Source of the DNA: Felis catus
Lineage: Eukaryota
Assembly: GCF_018350175.1 (NCBI RefSeq)
Contig: NC_058368.1
Span: 104,162,001 to 104,226,000 of the forward strand
Reading direction: 5' to 3'
DNA: 64,000 bases
This document shows positions 1 through 12,959 of this stretch, in pieces. Position 1 is the stretch's first letter. The number at the start of each line of letters is the position of its first letter. The position numbers and the translations under genes are program-made. Below the pieces are notes generated by a model. That model did not search any database. It was given only the letters and a program-made list of their open reading frames with translations, and was not told where the DNA came from.

Positions 1-66
1 CCCAGGACTGAGTACATGTATGAAAAAGACTCTTACTGTGATCCTTCCTCTTTAAAATAGCATCTT

Positions 67-515
67 GGGAGGCGCCTGGGTGGCTCAGTCAGTTGAGCGT
101 CCAACTTCGGCTCAGGTCATGATCTCATCGTCCGTGAGTTCAAGCCCCACGTCGGGCTCTGTGCTGACAGCTCAGAGCCTGGAGCCTGCTTCGAATTCTG
201 TGTCTCCCTCTCTCTCTAACCCTCCCCTGTTCATGCTCTGTCTCTCTGTCTCAAAAATAAATAAACATTTAAAAAAAATAAAAAAATAAATAAATAAAAT
301 AAAATAGCATCTTGGGCCCCGGGTGGCTCGGTCAGTTCAGCATCTTTAGCTCAGGGCGTGATCTCGCGGTTTGTGGGTTTGAGCCCCGCGTTGAGCTCTG
401 TGCTGACTGCGCGGAGCCTGCTTCGGAACTTCTGTCTCCCCCTCTCTTTGCCCCTCCCCTGCTTGTGTATTCTCTCCCTCTCAATAATAAACATTTAAAA
501 AATAGTAATAATAAG
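67..515 (+). mobile_element. Two tandem CAN-SINEs (67-300, 314-515)
   Basis: GGCGCCTGGGTGGCTCAG A-box, GAGTTCAAGCCC B-box, (CT)n, A-tail; TSD AAAATAGCATCTT. Confidence 0.9.
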
Positions 516-989
516 TAAAGTAGCATCGTGGCCACTACCTCAAAGTCGAGGATCTACCCATCCGCTCCTCGGTCACCTCAATCACCTGTTGTTGCTGCCT
601 AGAGTCCTCACCATCAGCTCCCCGTGGAGGTATACATCCACGGCCAGATTCTCCTGAAGGAATTTCTCCACCTCTGTGTCTGCTTTTGTTTATTTGTGCC
701 TGATGATTCACACCACTGACGGTGAACACCAGCGTCCTGCTGGGGAAGGCGGTATGCCCTCTGGAAACTGCAGGGTTTGGGGATTCGTCGAGGTCTTCTG
801 CTCCCAGACCTGCTCCAGAAGCAAGGTGACCTGGTCAGAAGGGAGTGAGGGTCCTATTGGGGCACAAGCCAGGGTTTGGAGTCCTCTCCAACACTTCAAC
901 CTTGAGGGTTCTTTATGTTTTTACCTATTAAAATTACTCTTCTCTGAACCTTTCTGCCCATTCAAATCTGGAGATGTCTAACCATCCAG

Positions 990-1313
990 AAGCTTCTGGC
1001 TGGCTCAGTTGGTAGAGAATGCAACTCTTGGTCCTGGGGTTGTGAGTTTGAGCCCCATGTTTGGTGAGGAGATTACTTTAAAAAAAAAAAAGAAAGAAAA
1101 AGAAAAAAGAGGGGTGCCTTGGTGGCCCAGTCGGTTAAGAGTCCGACTCTTCATTTCAGCTCAGGTGGTGATTTCATGGTTTGTGAGTTCGAGCCCCAGG
1201 TCCAGTTCTGCGCTGACAGTGTGGAGCCTGCTTGGGATTCTCTCTCTCCTATTCTCTCTGCCCCTTCACCCACCCCTTCTCAAATTAAATAAATAAATAA
1301 ATAAATAAGAAAG
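990..1313 (+). mobile_element. Short old carnivore SINE (SINEC_old-like) followed by a CAN-SINE
   Basis: tRNA-like head ending GAGATTACTTTAAAA, then a second SINE at 1110-1313. Confidence 0.85.
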
Positions 1314-1392
1314 AAATGTCTATCCAAACTATTGCCAGGTATATATTCAGTTAATACTCTCACGAAACTGGCCGTAATTCTTATGCTCAGGC

Positions 1393-1870
1393 TTTTTTTT
1401 TTTTTTAATCTTTTTTTTAACATTTATTTATTATTTTTTTTTTATTTAAAAAAAAATTTTTTTTCAGCGTTTTTATTTATTTTTGGGACAGAGAGAGACA
1501 GAGCATGAACGGGGGAGGGGCAGAGAGAGAGGGAGACACAGAATCGGAAACAGGCTCCAGGCTCCGAGCCATCAGCCCAGAGCCTGACGCGGGGCTCGAA
1601 CCCATGGACCGCGAGATCGTGACCTGGCCGAAGTCGGACGCTTAACTGACTGCGCCACCCAGGCGCCCCAACATTTATTTATTTTTGAGACAGAGACACA
1701 GAGCGTGAGCAGGGGAGGGGCAGAGAGAGAGGGAGACCCAGACTCCGAAGCAGGCTCCAGGCTCTGAGCTGTCAGCACAGAGCCCGATGTCGGGCTCGAA
1801 CTCACAAAGTGTGAGATTATGAGCTGAGCCGAAGTCAGATGCTTTAACTGACTGAGCCACCCAGGTGCCA
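1393..1870 (-). mobile_element. Young SINEC_Fc (1437-1669) nested in the tail of an older SINE (1670-1870)
   Basis: Two minus-strand SINE bodies; AACATTTATTTAT repeated around the inner element. Confidence 0.9.
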
Positions 1871-2348
1871 CTCAGCCTAACTTCTTACTTGCTGGCTATG
1901 GGATCGAGCCTAATAACCTTCCACCTACTAATAACCCTCCACCTCTCATGGCGATTTAAGTGTCATTCCTCTAAGACACAGTCGCTGTGATAAAATGAGT
2001 TTTTATAATCTCCAATATTCTGCAATATATCTCAGATCTTCAGGGGTAAAATGGCTTGAATTGGCTTGGATCGAAACATATTTGACTCCCACTCATGAAG
2101 TGTGTGTGTAAGCAGTCGGTAGCACAACCACCATGCATAAGTAAGAAAATAAGCTAAGGGCAAATAAAGAATGTGAACATGGAGGGCTTCTTTGTGAATA
2201 ATGATACAGTCCAGAGTGCCGTCTAGTATGCGTGTGTCAAATTTGTACTATGTCCGGAAGCATCCTCATTTTTTAAAAATTGTTCATGATGGGAACGTTT
2301 TAGTCATGCAGCTATAACATCACTAAAGGCTGAAAACTCCACATTCTT

Positions 2349-2843
2349 GGGGCGCCTGGGTGGCGCAGTCGGTTAAGCGTCCGACTTCAGCCAGGTCACG
2401 ATCTCGCGGTTCGTGAGTTCGAGCCCCGCGTCGGGCTCTGGGCTGATGGCTCAGAGCCTGGAGCCTGTTTCCGATTCTGTGTCTCCCTCTCTCTCTGCCC
2501 CTCACCTGTTCATGCTCTGTCTCTCTCTGTCCCAAAAATAAATAAACATTGAAAAAAAAATTTTTTTTTAAAAAAACTCCACATTCTTTTTTTTTTTTTT
2601 TTTTGAAATGTCAAACATGTAATTCTTTAACTTTTTTTTAAATGTTTTTATTTATTTTTGAAAGAGAGAGAAAGAGCATGGGCGGGGGAGGAGCAGAGAG
2701 AGGGGAGACACAGAATCAGAAGCAGGCTCCAGGCTCGGAGCTGTCAGCACAGAGCCCGATGCGGGGCTCAAACTCACAGACCGCGAGATCATGACCTGAG
2801 CCAAAGTCCGGACGTTCAACCGACTGAACCACCCAGGTGCCCC
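2349..2843. mobile_element. Tail-to-tail SINE pair (+ 2349-2572; - 2632-2843)
   Basis: Both have full SINE structure; AAAACTCCACATTCTT occurs three times. Confidence 0.9.
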
Positions 2844-2861
2844 TGAAAACTCCACATTCTT

Positions 2862-3081
<220 letters not shown>

Positions 3082-3508
3082 TGAGGACCTAGGCGTTCTG
3101 GATTGAGGGGGGTTTATTCCTTGTTTTGTTTGCAATCTCGGAGCTACAAAGATAAGGACAAACATTTTGTGCTTCCTTTGGCATCTGTATGGAAAACTTT
3201 GCGTCCCAGAGGAAAACAATGTATATGCAGGGAGAAAGCAAGTCTGACCTGAGTGTAAAGCAGATACTAAATTCAGAAGCTGGTTTTTGTGGCCAGTCAG
3301 AGATTTCTTGTAGGCCTGGGGAAAATCATGGAGTCTGCTGCCTTTTCCCTTACTATGGTTAAATGAAAACTGAGAGCAAATTGTAAAGGACAGCGTGCAG
3401 TTGGAGGCTCAGATATCCAGCCCGGACTCTGGCTCTTGGTGATACTTGGAGATTTAGTGGGTTCATTATTAGATGAGCCTCAAACAGTGCCATAGCTCTG
3501 TGTCCTGA

Positions 3509-3745
<237 letters not shown>

Positions 3746-3828
3746 TAATAAAAAAATTCGTAGTTATAGTATAATTTAATATATCTATGAATAGACATAT
3801 CTATAACTATACAAAAGCTATTTTTAAG

Positions 3829-3868
3829 CTTATTTATTTATTTTGAGAGAGAGTGGGAGAGGGGCAGA

Positions 3869-3930
<62 letters not shown>

Positions 3931-4053
3931 CCCAAGCAGGCTCCACACTGTCTGCACAGAGCCCAAGGGACTCAAACTCACAAACCCTGAGATCATGACC
4001 TGAGCCAAAATCAGGAGTCAGACACTTAACCAATGGAACCACCCAGGCACCCC
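3829..4053 (-). mobile_element. CAN-SINE with long (GA)n in TEX43 intron 2
   Basis: TSD TACAAAAGCTATTTTTA on both sides. Confidence 0.9.
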
Positions 4054-4074
4054 TACAAAAGCTATTTTTAAATT

Positions 4075-4420
4075 CATATTTATTTTTTCCAGCTTTATAG
4101 GGAATAATACAGAAATATACATTTTTTAAATGGACAGCCTGATGACTTAATAAACATACACACTGTGGAATCATTACCAGGCTCAAGATAATTAACACAT
4201 TCATCACCTCACATAGTTAACTCTTTTTTTTCTCCTGGTGAACATAAGAGCCACTCTCTGCAACTTTCAAGTATGCAATACTGTGTTATTAACAGTATTC
4301 AGTTGTCATGCTGAAAAGAGATCTTCAGACCTTCTTATTCTTATAAGGGAAAGTTTGTGCCCTTTGACTTGTGTCTCCCCACTCCCCCTCCCTCCTGGCA
4401 ACCACCATTCTCCTGTCTGA
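4075..4420 (-). mobile_element. Old L1 (L1M) 3' end fragment
   Basis: Antisense L1 3'UTR signature (CAAGATAATTAACACATTCATCACCTCACATAGTTA...CTGGCAACCACCATTCT). Confidence 0.75.
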
Positions 4421-4592
4421 CAAAAACTATTTGATGTACTTTCATGTGAACTTGCAAGGAAGAGTTAAATAGCATTATCTATTCAAATAACCCAAAGATG
4501 AACTTAAAATAGATATTCCAAAAGATTTCAGAGCTCTCTGTCTACCTTTCTGTCCACATAATGCCAACTCACAGTTAAGAACGGACTTAATT

Positions 4593-5492
4593 AGGGGCGC
4601 CTGGGTGGCTCAGTCGGTTGAGCATCCGACTTCAGCTCAGGTCCTGATCTCACTGTGCAGACAGCTCAGAGCCTGGAGCCTGCTTCCGATTCTGTGTCTC
4701 CCTCTCTCTCTCTCTCTCTGTCCCTCCCCCACTCAAGCGCTGTCTCTCTCTGTCTCTCAAAAACTAATAAACATTAAAGAAAATTAAGGGGCGCCTGGGT
4801 GGCTCAGTCAGTTAAGCGTCCAACTTCGGCTCAGGTCATGATCGCGTGGCTGTGGGTTCGAGCCCCGTGTCGGGCTCTGTGCTGACAGCTCAGAGCCTGG
4901 AGCCTGTTTCACATTCTGTGTCTCCCTCTTTCTCTGACCCTCCCCTGTTCATGCTCTCTCTCTGTCTCAAAAATAAAGGTAAAAAAAAAAAACAAAAAAA
5001 AAACGGACCTAATTAATATTAATGAAGTATGTCATTAATATTAAAGCGTGGTACAGAGCATGCATTTTTAAAGCTGTACTGCATATGTGGGTTGAGAGCT
5101 ACAGGAACAGTTTGGCTAGATTTACAGATAAGACTCACTGCCCATTCATTGCTGCTATTCAGTATTTTCAAAGCATTTTCCAAATTCAGATGAGCTGATC
5201 ACTTGTGAAAAGATAAGTTGTTTCTTTGAAGGGGAATAGAATCTATTGTAATAATCAGACTATAATAGGAGACTTCAAATTAGGATTCCTAGGGGCGCCT
5301 GGGTGGCTCAGTTAGTTGGGTGTCCAACTTCAGCTCAGGTCGGGATCTCGCGGTTTGTGAGTTCAAGCCCCACGTTGGACTCTGTACGGATGGCTCAGAG
5401 CCTGGGGCCTGCTTCAGATTCTGTGTCTCCCTCTCTCTCTGCCTCTCCCCTACTCACACTCTCTCAAAAAAATAAATACACATTTTAAAAAA
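4593..5492 (+). mobile_element. Three + strand CAN-SINEs in intron 2 (4593-4786, 4787-5002, 5292-5492)
   Basis: SINE heads, (CT)n and A-tails. Confidence 0.9.
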
Positions 5493-5785
5493 TGACCATT
5501 TTATATTTGAGAAAATTGAGTCTCACAGCAGGGCAAATGACTTGTACACGGTCATAAGCAGTGAGTAAGTAAGTACATAAGTAGTCAGCAGTCCACACTG
5601 CTCTTGTGGATGGTCCAGACACCAGCCAGAGAGCATGCTTTAAAAAAAAGGTGGAGATGTTAGGTTGCTCTGTCCCTTAGACCTTCCTCTTTAGCGGGGT
5701 TAGTTAGAAAAACTATCAGGGAATCTCCATCTTCATCTAATAAAGTGCTGTTTGGTGTGAATTATAGCAGATTTTTCCCCCTTAG

Positions 5786-5995
<210 letters not shown>

Positions 5996-6001
5996 CAAAA
6001 G

Positions 6002-6007
6002 AATAAA
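6002..6007 (+). terminator. Polyadenylation signal AATAAA of TEX43
   Basis: AATAAA 6 nt after the stop codon, followed by T/GT-rich sequence. Confidence 0.6.
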
Positions 6008-6142
6008 GTGCCGAGGTGTTTCAATCTCAATCTCTTCCTTTCCCCATGAGTGTTGAAGGCCATCATACAACTGTATTTCACCTACAGGTTCCATTTGTTT
6101 AAAGGCTATAAGTCAGTTGTACACTTTATACATTACGAAAGC

Positions 6143-6333
6143 TTTTTTTTAATGTTTATTTATTTTTGAAAGGGGAAGAAAGCATGCGAACGAGGAAGGG
6201 GCAGAAAGAGAGGGAGACAGAGGATCCCAAGCGGGCTCTGTGCTGAGAGCAGAGAGCTCAATGTGGGGCTTGAACTCACGAACCGTGAGATCATGACCTG
6301 AGCTGAAGTCGGACCTTCTGACCCACCCAAGAG
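6143..6333 (-). mobile_element. CAN-SINE just downstream of TEX43
   Basis: Minus-strand SINE body. Confidence 0.85.
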
Positions 6334-6819
6334 CCTGTCTACTTTATAAAGGCTTTTGAAAGGAGATAGGCTCTGCGAACATCTAAGATAAAGTGGGGAG
6401 GCAAGGCAAACTCTCCCTGAAATTAATTTCACACCAAATACTGAAGAACCCGAGGATGCATCCAATCCAACCATCTATCCTCACCATGTTCCTCTTTGTC
6501 TTGTCCTCACCCCTTCGTTGTTCATCCCCTCCAAAACTCAGCCTCAGATGAGCCAAGCTGAAACAGAGTGGCAGGACGTGGGATTGTTTCGCCTACTTTT
6601 CCGACTGCCCCAACACCATGTTCCTGCCCCACCTCGCCAACACACTTCCCCCCACCAAGTCTCTGCATACTGGTAACTCATCACCATGGTAACTGGCAGT
6701 GTTTGGCAGATACCTCTTTGATACACCGCATGATTTTCTACCAGTTCACTGTATCTAAGTATCAATTTCCTATAGCAAAGAATGGATAAACGTAATTTAA
6801 AAACGTAAAGACGACTATA

Positions 6820-7178
6820 TGCAAATGGTACATCACTGTGGAAGACGGTGTAGTGGTTTCTCAGGCAGTTAAACATAGAAGAATTACCTCATGATCCAGC
6901 ATTTCCACCTCTGGGTATATGCCTAAAAGAATTGAAGGCAGGGGGGCATGCGGCTGGCCCAGTCTGTAGATCTTTCAACTCTTAATCTTGGGGTTGTGTG
7001 TTTGAGCCCCACATTGGGTGTAGAGATAACTTTAAAAAGTCTTAAAGGGGCGGCTGGGTGGCTCAGTCAGTTATGCATCCGGCTTCGGCTCAGGTCATGA
7101 TCTTGTGGTTTGAGTCCCAGCCCTGCATCAGGCTCTGTGTTGACAGCTCAGAGCCTGGAACCTGCTTCCGATTGTGTA

Positions 7179-7209
<31 letters not shown>

Positions 7210-7975
7210 GACCCTCTCTTGTTCACACTCTGTCTCTCTGTCTCAAAAATAAACATTAAAAAAATTATTTTTAAGTCTTTAAAAAAAGAGAGAATTGGGA
7301 TGCCTGGGTGGCTCAGTCGGTTAGGCTCCTGACTCTTGATTTTGGCTCAGGTCATTATCTCCTGGTTGGTGAGTTCGAGCCCCACATCAGTCTCCATGCT
7401 GAGACAGTATGGAGCCTGCTTGGGATTCCCTCTATGCCCCCTTCCGTGTTCTCTCTCTCTCTCTCTCTTTCTCAAAATAAGCTAAATAAGTTTAAAAAAA
7501 AAAAAAGAATTGAAAGCAGGGACTCAAACAGGTATTTGTCTGTCAATGTTCATAGTAGTATTATTCACAGTAGCCAAAACAGGGAAATAATTTAAATGTC
7601 CACTAACAGATGAATATATAAATAAAATGCAGTATATGCATGCAATGGAATATTACTCAGCCACAAAATGTATTAAAAATTTGATACATACTCTAACAGG
7701 GAGGAATCTTGAAAACATGCTAATGAATAAGCCAGACACAAAAGGACAAACATTGTGTAATTTCTCTTGTATGAGATACCTAGATACCTAGAATAGTCAA
7801 ATTCCTAGAGAAAGGAAGAAATAGCAGTCCCAAAGGCTACAGAGGAGGAGAGAATAGGGTCACTGTCTAATGAGTACAGAGTTTCAGTTTGACATGGTGA
7901 AAAAGTTCTGGAAGTGGATGGTTGCACAACAAGGTGAATGTGCTTACTGCCACTGAATTGTACATTTTACTGCAA
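6820..7975 (+). mobile_element. L1MB-like ORF2 end/3'UTR interrupted by three SINEs (6941-7505)
   Basis: GAATTACCTCATGATCCAGCATTTCC...AATGGAATATTACTCAGCC...GGTTGCACAACA. AAAGAATTGAA(A/G)GCAGGG is duplicated around the SINE block. Confidence 0.8.
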
Positions 7976-8029
7976 ACTTTTTAAAGATTTTCTTTTTAGT
8001 TTATTGTTTAATGTTTACTTACTCATTGC

Positions 8030-8783
8030 TAAATGTTTTTATTTTTATTTTTTAATGGCTTTATTTGTTTTTGAGAGACAGCGTGGGCAGGGGAGGGGCA
8101 GAGAGAGAAGGGACAGAGGATCTGAAGTGGGCTGTGTGCTGAAAGCAGGGAGCCCAATGTGGGGCTTGAACCCGTGAACCATGAGATCATGACCTGAGCT
8201 GAAGTCAGACATTCAACTGACTGAGCCACCCAGGCACTACTTATTGTTCATTGAGACAGAGAGAGAGAACAAGCAGGACAGGAGCAGAGAGAGGAGAGAG
8301 AATCCCGAGCAGGATCCAATCTGACAACGTGGCTCAGTCCCACGAACCGTGAGATCCTGACCTAATCCGAAATCAAGAGTTGGACGCTTAACTGACTGAG
8401 TCACTCAGACGTCCCAAGATTTTCTTTATGTTTTTCAGTAATCTCTACACCCAGTGTTGGGCTTGAACCCACAACCCTGAGATCAAGAGTCGCATGTTAT
8501 GCCAAGTGAGCCAGCCAGGTGCCCCGTACCTCAGTTTTTTTTAAAAAAGATCATAGTGAGGGGCGCCTGGGTGGCTCAGTCGGTTAAGCATCCGACTTCG
8601 GCTCAGGTCATGATCTCACGGTCTGTGAGTTCAAGCCCCACGTCGGGCTCTGTGCTGACGGCTCGGAGCCTGGAGCCTGCTTTGGATTCTGTGTCTCCCT
8701 CTCTCTCTGACCCTCCCCCGTTCATGATCTGTCTCTCTCTGTCTCAAAAATAAATAAAACATTAAAAAAAAATTAAAAAAAAA
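8030..8783. mobile_element. SINE cluster: three - (8030-8526) and one + (8560-8783)
   Basis: SINE bodies; TSD AGATCATAGTGAG around the + copy. Confidence 0.85.
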
Positions 8784-9093
8784 GAGATCATAGTGAGTCT
8801 AAACTATGCTTCATTCAGGCAGTGTTCATATCTGATTACCATATGAAGGAAATTATCATAAAAAAGGATATAGATGTCCACTTAGGACCAACTTAAAGAT
8901 CAGTAAAGTAAGTATATATATAAAGTAAATATATATATACATATAATAAAGATAAAGTAAATATATATATATACCGGATATTAAAAAATTATTAAAGAAG
9001 AGAATTTAGGTGATACAAAAAACTCTAATACTTTAGGTGGACTGCCTTTCCTGAGAACTACAGAATGGGACAGAAGGCAAGAATAAGAAACAA

Positions 9094-9943
9094 GGGGGGG
9101 GCGCCTGGTGGCTGAGTCAGCTAAGCATCCGACTTCAGCTCAGGTCAGCTCAGGTCATGATCTCACAGTTGGTGAGTTCGAGGCCCGCGTCGGGCTCTAT
9201 GCTGACAGCTCGGAGCCTGGAGCCTGCTTTGGATTCTCTGTCTCCCTCTGCCCCTCCGTCTCTCTCTGCCCCTCCCCTGCATGTGATCTCTCTGTCCCAA
9301 AAATAAATAAACATTAAAAAAAAAAGAATAAGAAATAAGGAAGTAAGTATATAATCCATGGTTGGCTTGGCCTTGAGGATTGGCTGGATATACTGTGTTT
9401 CTGACCAGGAAGAGCATTTCCGTGTGTTGACATGACATCCTGGACAGGAACAGTTCCATCCTGGACAAGAAATCTCTGGGATTTCCAAAGTCAAAAATGC
9501 CAGTTGATGTGTTTTTCACGTACTGAGAACATTGGTGATCATACTGGATCTTTACTAGCTAGCTTCCTGGCGGGCCAAAGGGCCACCAAGAGCAGGTCTG
9601 GCAGAGGAGAGTCCGGCAAAGAAATTGAGCAGCAGCTGGAATGTGGCCAGCACCCTGCTCACCATGCTGTGTGTGTGTCAGTGCACTGACTGGGGCCCTG
9701 GCGGTATAGACACCAGTATAAAAGTACTCACCGATGGGCGCGTGGGTGGCTCGGTGGGTTAAGCGTCCGACTTCCACTCAGGTCATGATCTCACGGTTCG
9801 TGGGTTCCAGCCCCGTGTGGGCGCTCTGTGCTGACAGCTCGGAGCCGGGAACCTGCTTCAGATTCTGGGTCTCCCTCTCTCTCTGCCCCTCCCCCACTCA
9901 GGCTCTGTCTCCCTCAAATAAATAAACATTAAAAAAAAAAAAA
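9094..9943 (+). mobile_element. Two CAN-SINEs (9094-9325, 9736-9943)
   Basis: SINE heads and tails. Confidence 0.85.
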
Positions 9944-10400
9944 GAATATGGAAAAAGAAGTGTGATAAAACACTGAATGAAAAAACCCGGATTTACCCAG
10001 TTTTGCGCATAAAAGAGAATGTACGTCACCAGAAAACAATGCCGGAAGCCAGTGGATCAGAATGTTTATAATGTAATTTCTGGATGGTCGAGTTATGAAT
10101 GAGTCTTATTTACATCCTTATGCCTTTATAAATTATCTGCACACACTGCTCCCCATCTGTGGGATCAGCCCTCTCCCTGCTCTGCTTGTCAGAATTCCTC
10201 ACTTAATGCATTGTCAACTCTCACTAAACCTATTTCATACTCCATCTTTTCCTTCGCCACTTCTTCCCACCCTAACTTTTTTCAGGTCAGTTCTCAGCCG
10301 AAGACTTCTGCTTCTTGACCAGAAGAGGTCTCCGTTGCATTGCCCAAGAACAAAAATTTATTATTTTTAATTGAATTGAATTGAATTTTATATTCCACGC

Positions 10401-10870
10401 TTATTTATTTTTGAGAGAGAAAGAGAGAGGTAGAGAGCACGAGCAGGGGAGGGCAGAAAGAGAGGGGCACAGATCCTCTGATCTGATCTGATCTGAAGCA
10501 GGCTTTGCACTGAAAGCAGAGAGCCGGATGTGGGGCTCGAACTCAAAACCATGAGATCATGACCTGAGCCAAAATCAAGAGCCAGATGCTTAACCAACTG
10601 AGCCAGCCAGGTGCCCCCCAAAAACAGTTTTTTAAAAAATATTTATTTAGGGGCGCCTGGGTGGCGCAGTCCGTTAAGCGTCCGACTTCAGCCAGGTCAT
10701 GATCTCACGGTCCGGGAGTTCGAGCCCCGCGTCGGGCTCTGGGCTGATGGCTCAGAGCCTGGAGCCTGTTTCCGATTCTGTGTCTCCCTCTCTCTCTGCC
10801 CCTCCCCCGTTCATGCTCTGTCTCTCTCTGTCCCAAAAATAAATAAACGTTGAAAAAAAAATTTAAAAAA
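10401..10870. mobile_element. Head-to-head SINE pair (- 10401-10618; + 10650-10870)
   Basis: Opposite orientations with a ~31 nt spacer. Confidence 0.9.
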
Positions 10871-11174
10871 TATATATTTATTTAATTAAGGAAAATTTTG
10901 CCTTTACCTGTTGAAGGTATGGTGTTACAGAAGTTCGAGAGAAAAGTTTTTCAGTGCCTCTATACCTAACAAATTATCCAACGGTATTTTATCAACAAAG
11001 GGGAGTTTGAACCCTTAGGACTACCCCCGTTAGTACCTAGCACTTTATAGAGTCGCAAACGAATTTCATCTGATATGTAAAAAATTGAAAGTAGAAAAAG
11101 AGAAAACAAGGAAGAATGTATTTAAACAGGAAAACATAGCTTTTCGAGGGACAAATTAAAAACCATCAGTGAAG

Positions 11175-11375
11175 GGCTTCAGAGAGTATGGGCTTTATAG
11201 TTAGGCTGAATTGGGTAAAATTTTGACTCCACTGTTTACTGTGTGGCTTGAAGCAAGCTTCACATACCCAACGCCTCTCCCTCACTTTCCCATCTGGAAA
11301 ATGGGGCTAGCGATAGCTAATTCAGAACGTGGTTGTGTATAGTCTATTACATAACGTAAACCGCTTGGCATATTC
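11175..11375 (+). mobile_element. MIR
   Basis: MIR core-like CTCACTTTCCCATCTGGAAAATGGGG...GGTTGTG. Confidence 0.6.
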
Positions 11376-11552
11376 TTAGGCCTGTGGATGGGCATATGGG
11401 TTAGGTTACCAGTCAAATTTTAGCCATACCATGACTGACTTAGTTACAAAGTAGCTTTTTTGGAGAGGAAGAATATAGTGAATTCAGGAAATAGTAAGTC
11501 ATTGAAAATGAGAAGAGGAACATTTTTCTTTCTTTCTTTTAAAGTAAAACAA

Positions 11553-12047
11553 TTTTTTTTGATATAATTTATTGTCAAATTGGCTTACATACAACACCCA
11601 GTGCTCATCCCAACAAGTGCCCTCCTCAGTGCCCATCACCCATTTTCCCCTCTCCACCACCCCCTCCATCCCCCCTCCGTTTGTTCTCTGTATTTTAAGC
11701 GTCTCTTATGGTTTGCCTCCCTCTCTCTCTGTAACTATTTTTCCCCTTTCCCTTCCCCCATGGTCTTCTGTTAAGTTTCTCAAGATCCACATATGAGTGA
11801 AAACATATGATACCTGTCCTTCTCTGACTTATTTCAATTTAAAGTTTATTTTAAGAGAGAGAATGTGCGCATGCACAGAGGGGTGCACGTGAGTGAGTTG
11901 GGGAGGGGCAGAGAGGGAGAGAGCGAATCCCAAGCAGGCTCTGCACCATCAGCTCAGCGCTGGAAGTGGGGCTCGAACTCACCAACCACCAGATCATGAC
12001 CTGAGCTGAAGTCCAATGCTTAACCAACTGAGCCACCCAGGCACCCC
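11553..12047 (-). mobile_element. Carnivore L1 3' end (11553-11836) inserted in the tail of a SINE (11838-12047)
   Basis: CATACAACACCCAGTGCTCATCCCAACAAGTGCCCTCCTC...CCACATATGAGTGAAAACATATG is the carnivore L1 antisense terminus. Confidence 0.85.
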
Positions 12048-12634
12048 AAGAACGGGAACATTTTTCCTCTGCCATTTTGGCTTCAAATATTCCTGCCTAA
12101 GAGAAAACCAAAAAATTGACATCTCTAGTCTCTTTTACAGGCTAGGCTGGAATTTCTACTCCAAGCTGCCTGTTTGAAACAACTGTCTTGCTAAGAGTCT
12201 CAAATTCATCAGATGAGCTCATCTTCCCGCTCTTTTCTTCCTTTCAGACCTGCTTTTTTTTCCCTCCTGACTTGCATATTCCTAAAATTATCTACTATTG
12301 GTAGATACCATCAATTAATAATGCCCCATAGTCTCAGTTTTCTGGGTCTCAGAAATCACTTTGGACTTTTTGTGCTCCCTTCTCTGACAAAACCGTTCAA
12401 TCACATCTGTCCTTGCAGGTGGACAGGGGTGGAGACACAGCTATCCCTGTAGGGAGCTACTCTCCACCTTGCACCAAGTTATTTGTACTCTCCTGATCTG
12501 CTCTCTGCCCCCTCTCTCACCTTCCCCCATAGATGTTTGGGGGCAGCTCAGTCCGTCCCGCATGCTGCTACTAGAGTAGTTTTGCTAACGCCCTCTGTGC
12601 TACCTTCATTCTCCTGCTCAAAAATCATTCGTAG

Positions 12635-12760
12635 AAAGTTCCAGAGTCGGATGGTGGTGTTGGTTGCACAACAATGTGAATTACTCAATGCCACTGCCAA
12701 TATACACTTTAACAGGGTTAGAATGGTAAGTTTTCTGATATGTCTGCTTTACCGCACATA
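12635..12760 (+). mobile_element. L1MB-like 3' terminal fragment within an L2-rich region
   Basis: GATGGTGGTG.TGGTTGCACAACAATGTGAAT.TACT.AATGCCACTG motif. Confidence 0.7.
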
Positions 12761-12959
12761 CACACATACACGCACAAAAACCTGTCAATGATCCAAAGAG
12801 GAGAGCATAATGTTATATAAGGGCCATCACCATCGAATCCCAGTCATCTTCACTGGGACAGTGTCTGGCATCCAGGACAGTGAAAGGGGCATTGGTGGTT
12901 ATCTTATTGCCCATGACACACATACTACCACCCCCACATGCTTCACTTCACTGTGCTTT

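Noticed and set aside
990..1080. tRNA-like sequences (A/B boxes) here and at each SINE head
   Set aside because: tRNA-derived SINE heads with A-tails and TSDs; no intact cloverleaf.
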